DNA of 64,000 nucleotides, from NCBI GenBank assembly GCA_965113315.1, contig OZ220363.1, one strand, 5' to 3'. Origin of the DNA: Podarcis vaucheri (Eukaryota). This document shows positions 63,077-64,000 of this stretch, in pieces. The notes under the pieces were generated by a model. It did not search any database. It was not told the origin of the DNA and saw nothing but the letters and a program-made list of their open reading frames with translations. Position 1 is the stretch's first letter. Every line of letters starts with the position of its first letter. Position numbers and translations under genes: made by a program.

Positions 63077-64000
63077 TTGTAAAGAGAGGAACATCAGCAA
63101 AATTGCCAAGGGTGCTGTTGGGTACTTAAAGAACTTGAGGCACAAACCCATGGCCCAAATTTCCATAGCCATTTGCATTGGCTAGTTTATATGTATTTAA
63201 GATGGTGGGTTTCTGCATTTTGCAGTGTGCACAGCAAGTCAGTAAGAAGGGGTGGATGAATTTTTTAAAAGGAAGAAAAGGGCAGGAGATGCAGGCCAAG
63301 TGCAAACCTGGGTTTTGCCACCCCACCACATCTGGAACAGCACCCCTGAAAGTTGCTGAAGGGGCTGCATCCTCGTTCATTACTGCAAAAGCAGGAACAT
63401 TCTGTTACATTAATTTATGGAATTTATATGCCACTTCATCAGTAGCATTTCTAGGAGGCGTACATAAAAATAAACCATACAGAGAATAAAACAGTAAAAG
63501 AAAAATCACCATAAAACCAAACATAAATCCAAACCCTACCTTAAAATGCTTGCTAAAATAAGAAAGTCTGAGTCACATGCCTGAAGTCCAGCAATTTGTG
63601 TCTTACCTGTCCTGTACATAGTTCAGAGGCAGCATTTTATCTTCACAACCACCCTTTGAAGGTAGATTAAATTTGAGATACAGCGACTTGCCCAGAGAGC
63701 TATCCGACGAGATTTGAGTCTCTGCTTCCCACCAACCAAGCTCACTGTGCAGGGTACAGGAGACGTGATCCTGAAGATCTGGAGGACTCTGTCTGCTCCC
63801 TCCTGGAATGTCTTTTATAGATTCTACACAGACATTCCAAGAGGGAGTGGAGGTAATGAAACTCGGAACTGCTGCCCATTCAAGATCTTGGGGGAATAAG
63901 ATGTCTAAGGTTTTGTTTATTATATTGCGTCATACTTCTCTCCAAAGGAGCTGAGGGCCACACACATTGTATGCGGGATAGTTTAGGTTGTGTGCGTGTT

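Overview
Vertebrate (squamate, probably lacertid lizard, judged from Sauria SINEs, BovB tails and Penelope-type repeats) genomic DNA. It carries 19 coding exons of KDM2A/FBXL11 on the + strand (8298-40783; the ATG-bearing exon is not in the window), a ~2.3-2.6 kb 3' UTR, ~16 kb of repeat-rich intergenic DNA, and the CpG-island promoter plus first coding exon of GRK2/ADRBK1 (59788-59900), the same gene order as in human. All splice sites are GT-AG and phases join into 1149 codons including the stop. Exon numbers follow the human gene as I recall it. Most interesting: (1) KDM2A intron 12 holds a CpG-island promoter and alternative first exon for the demethylase-less short form, and upstream of it a candidate stop/poly(A) terminal exon, so the intron could split the gene into catalytic and chromatin-binding halves; (2) a Penelope-like insertion with an intact minimal hammerhead ribozyme core (52808-52847); (3) hairpin MITEs that scatter ZNF143/THAP11-type motifs around the GRK2 promoter. 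Repeat family names are from recall, not from a database search.
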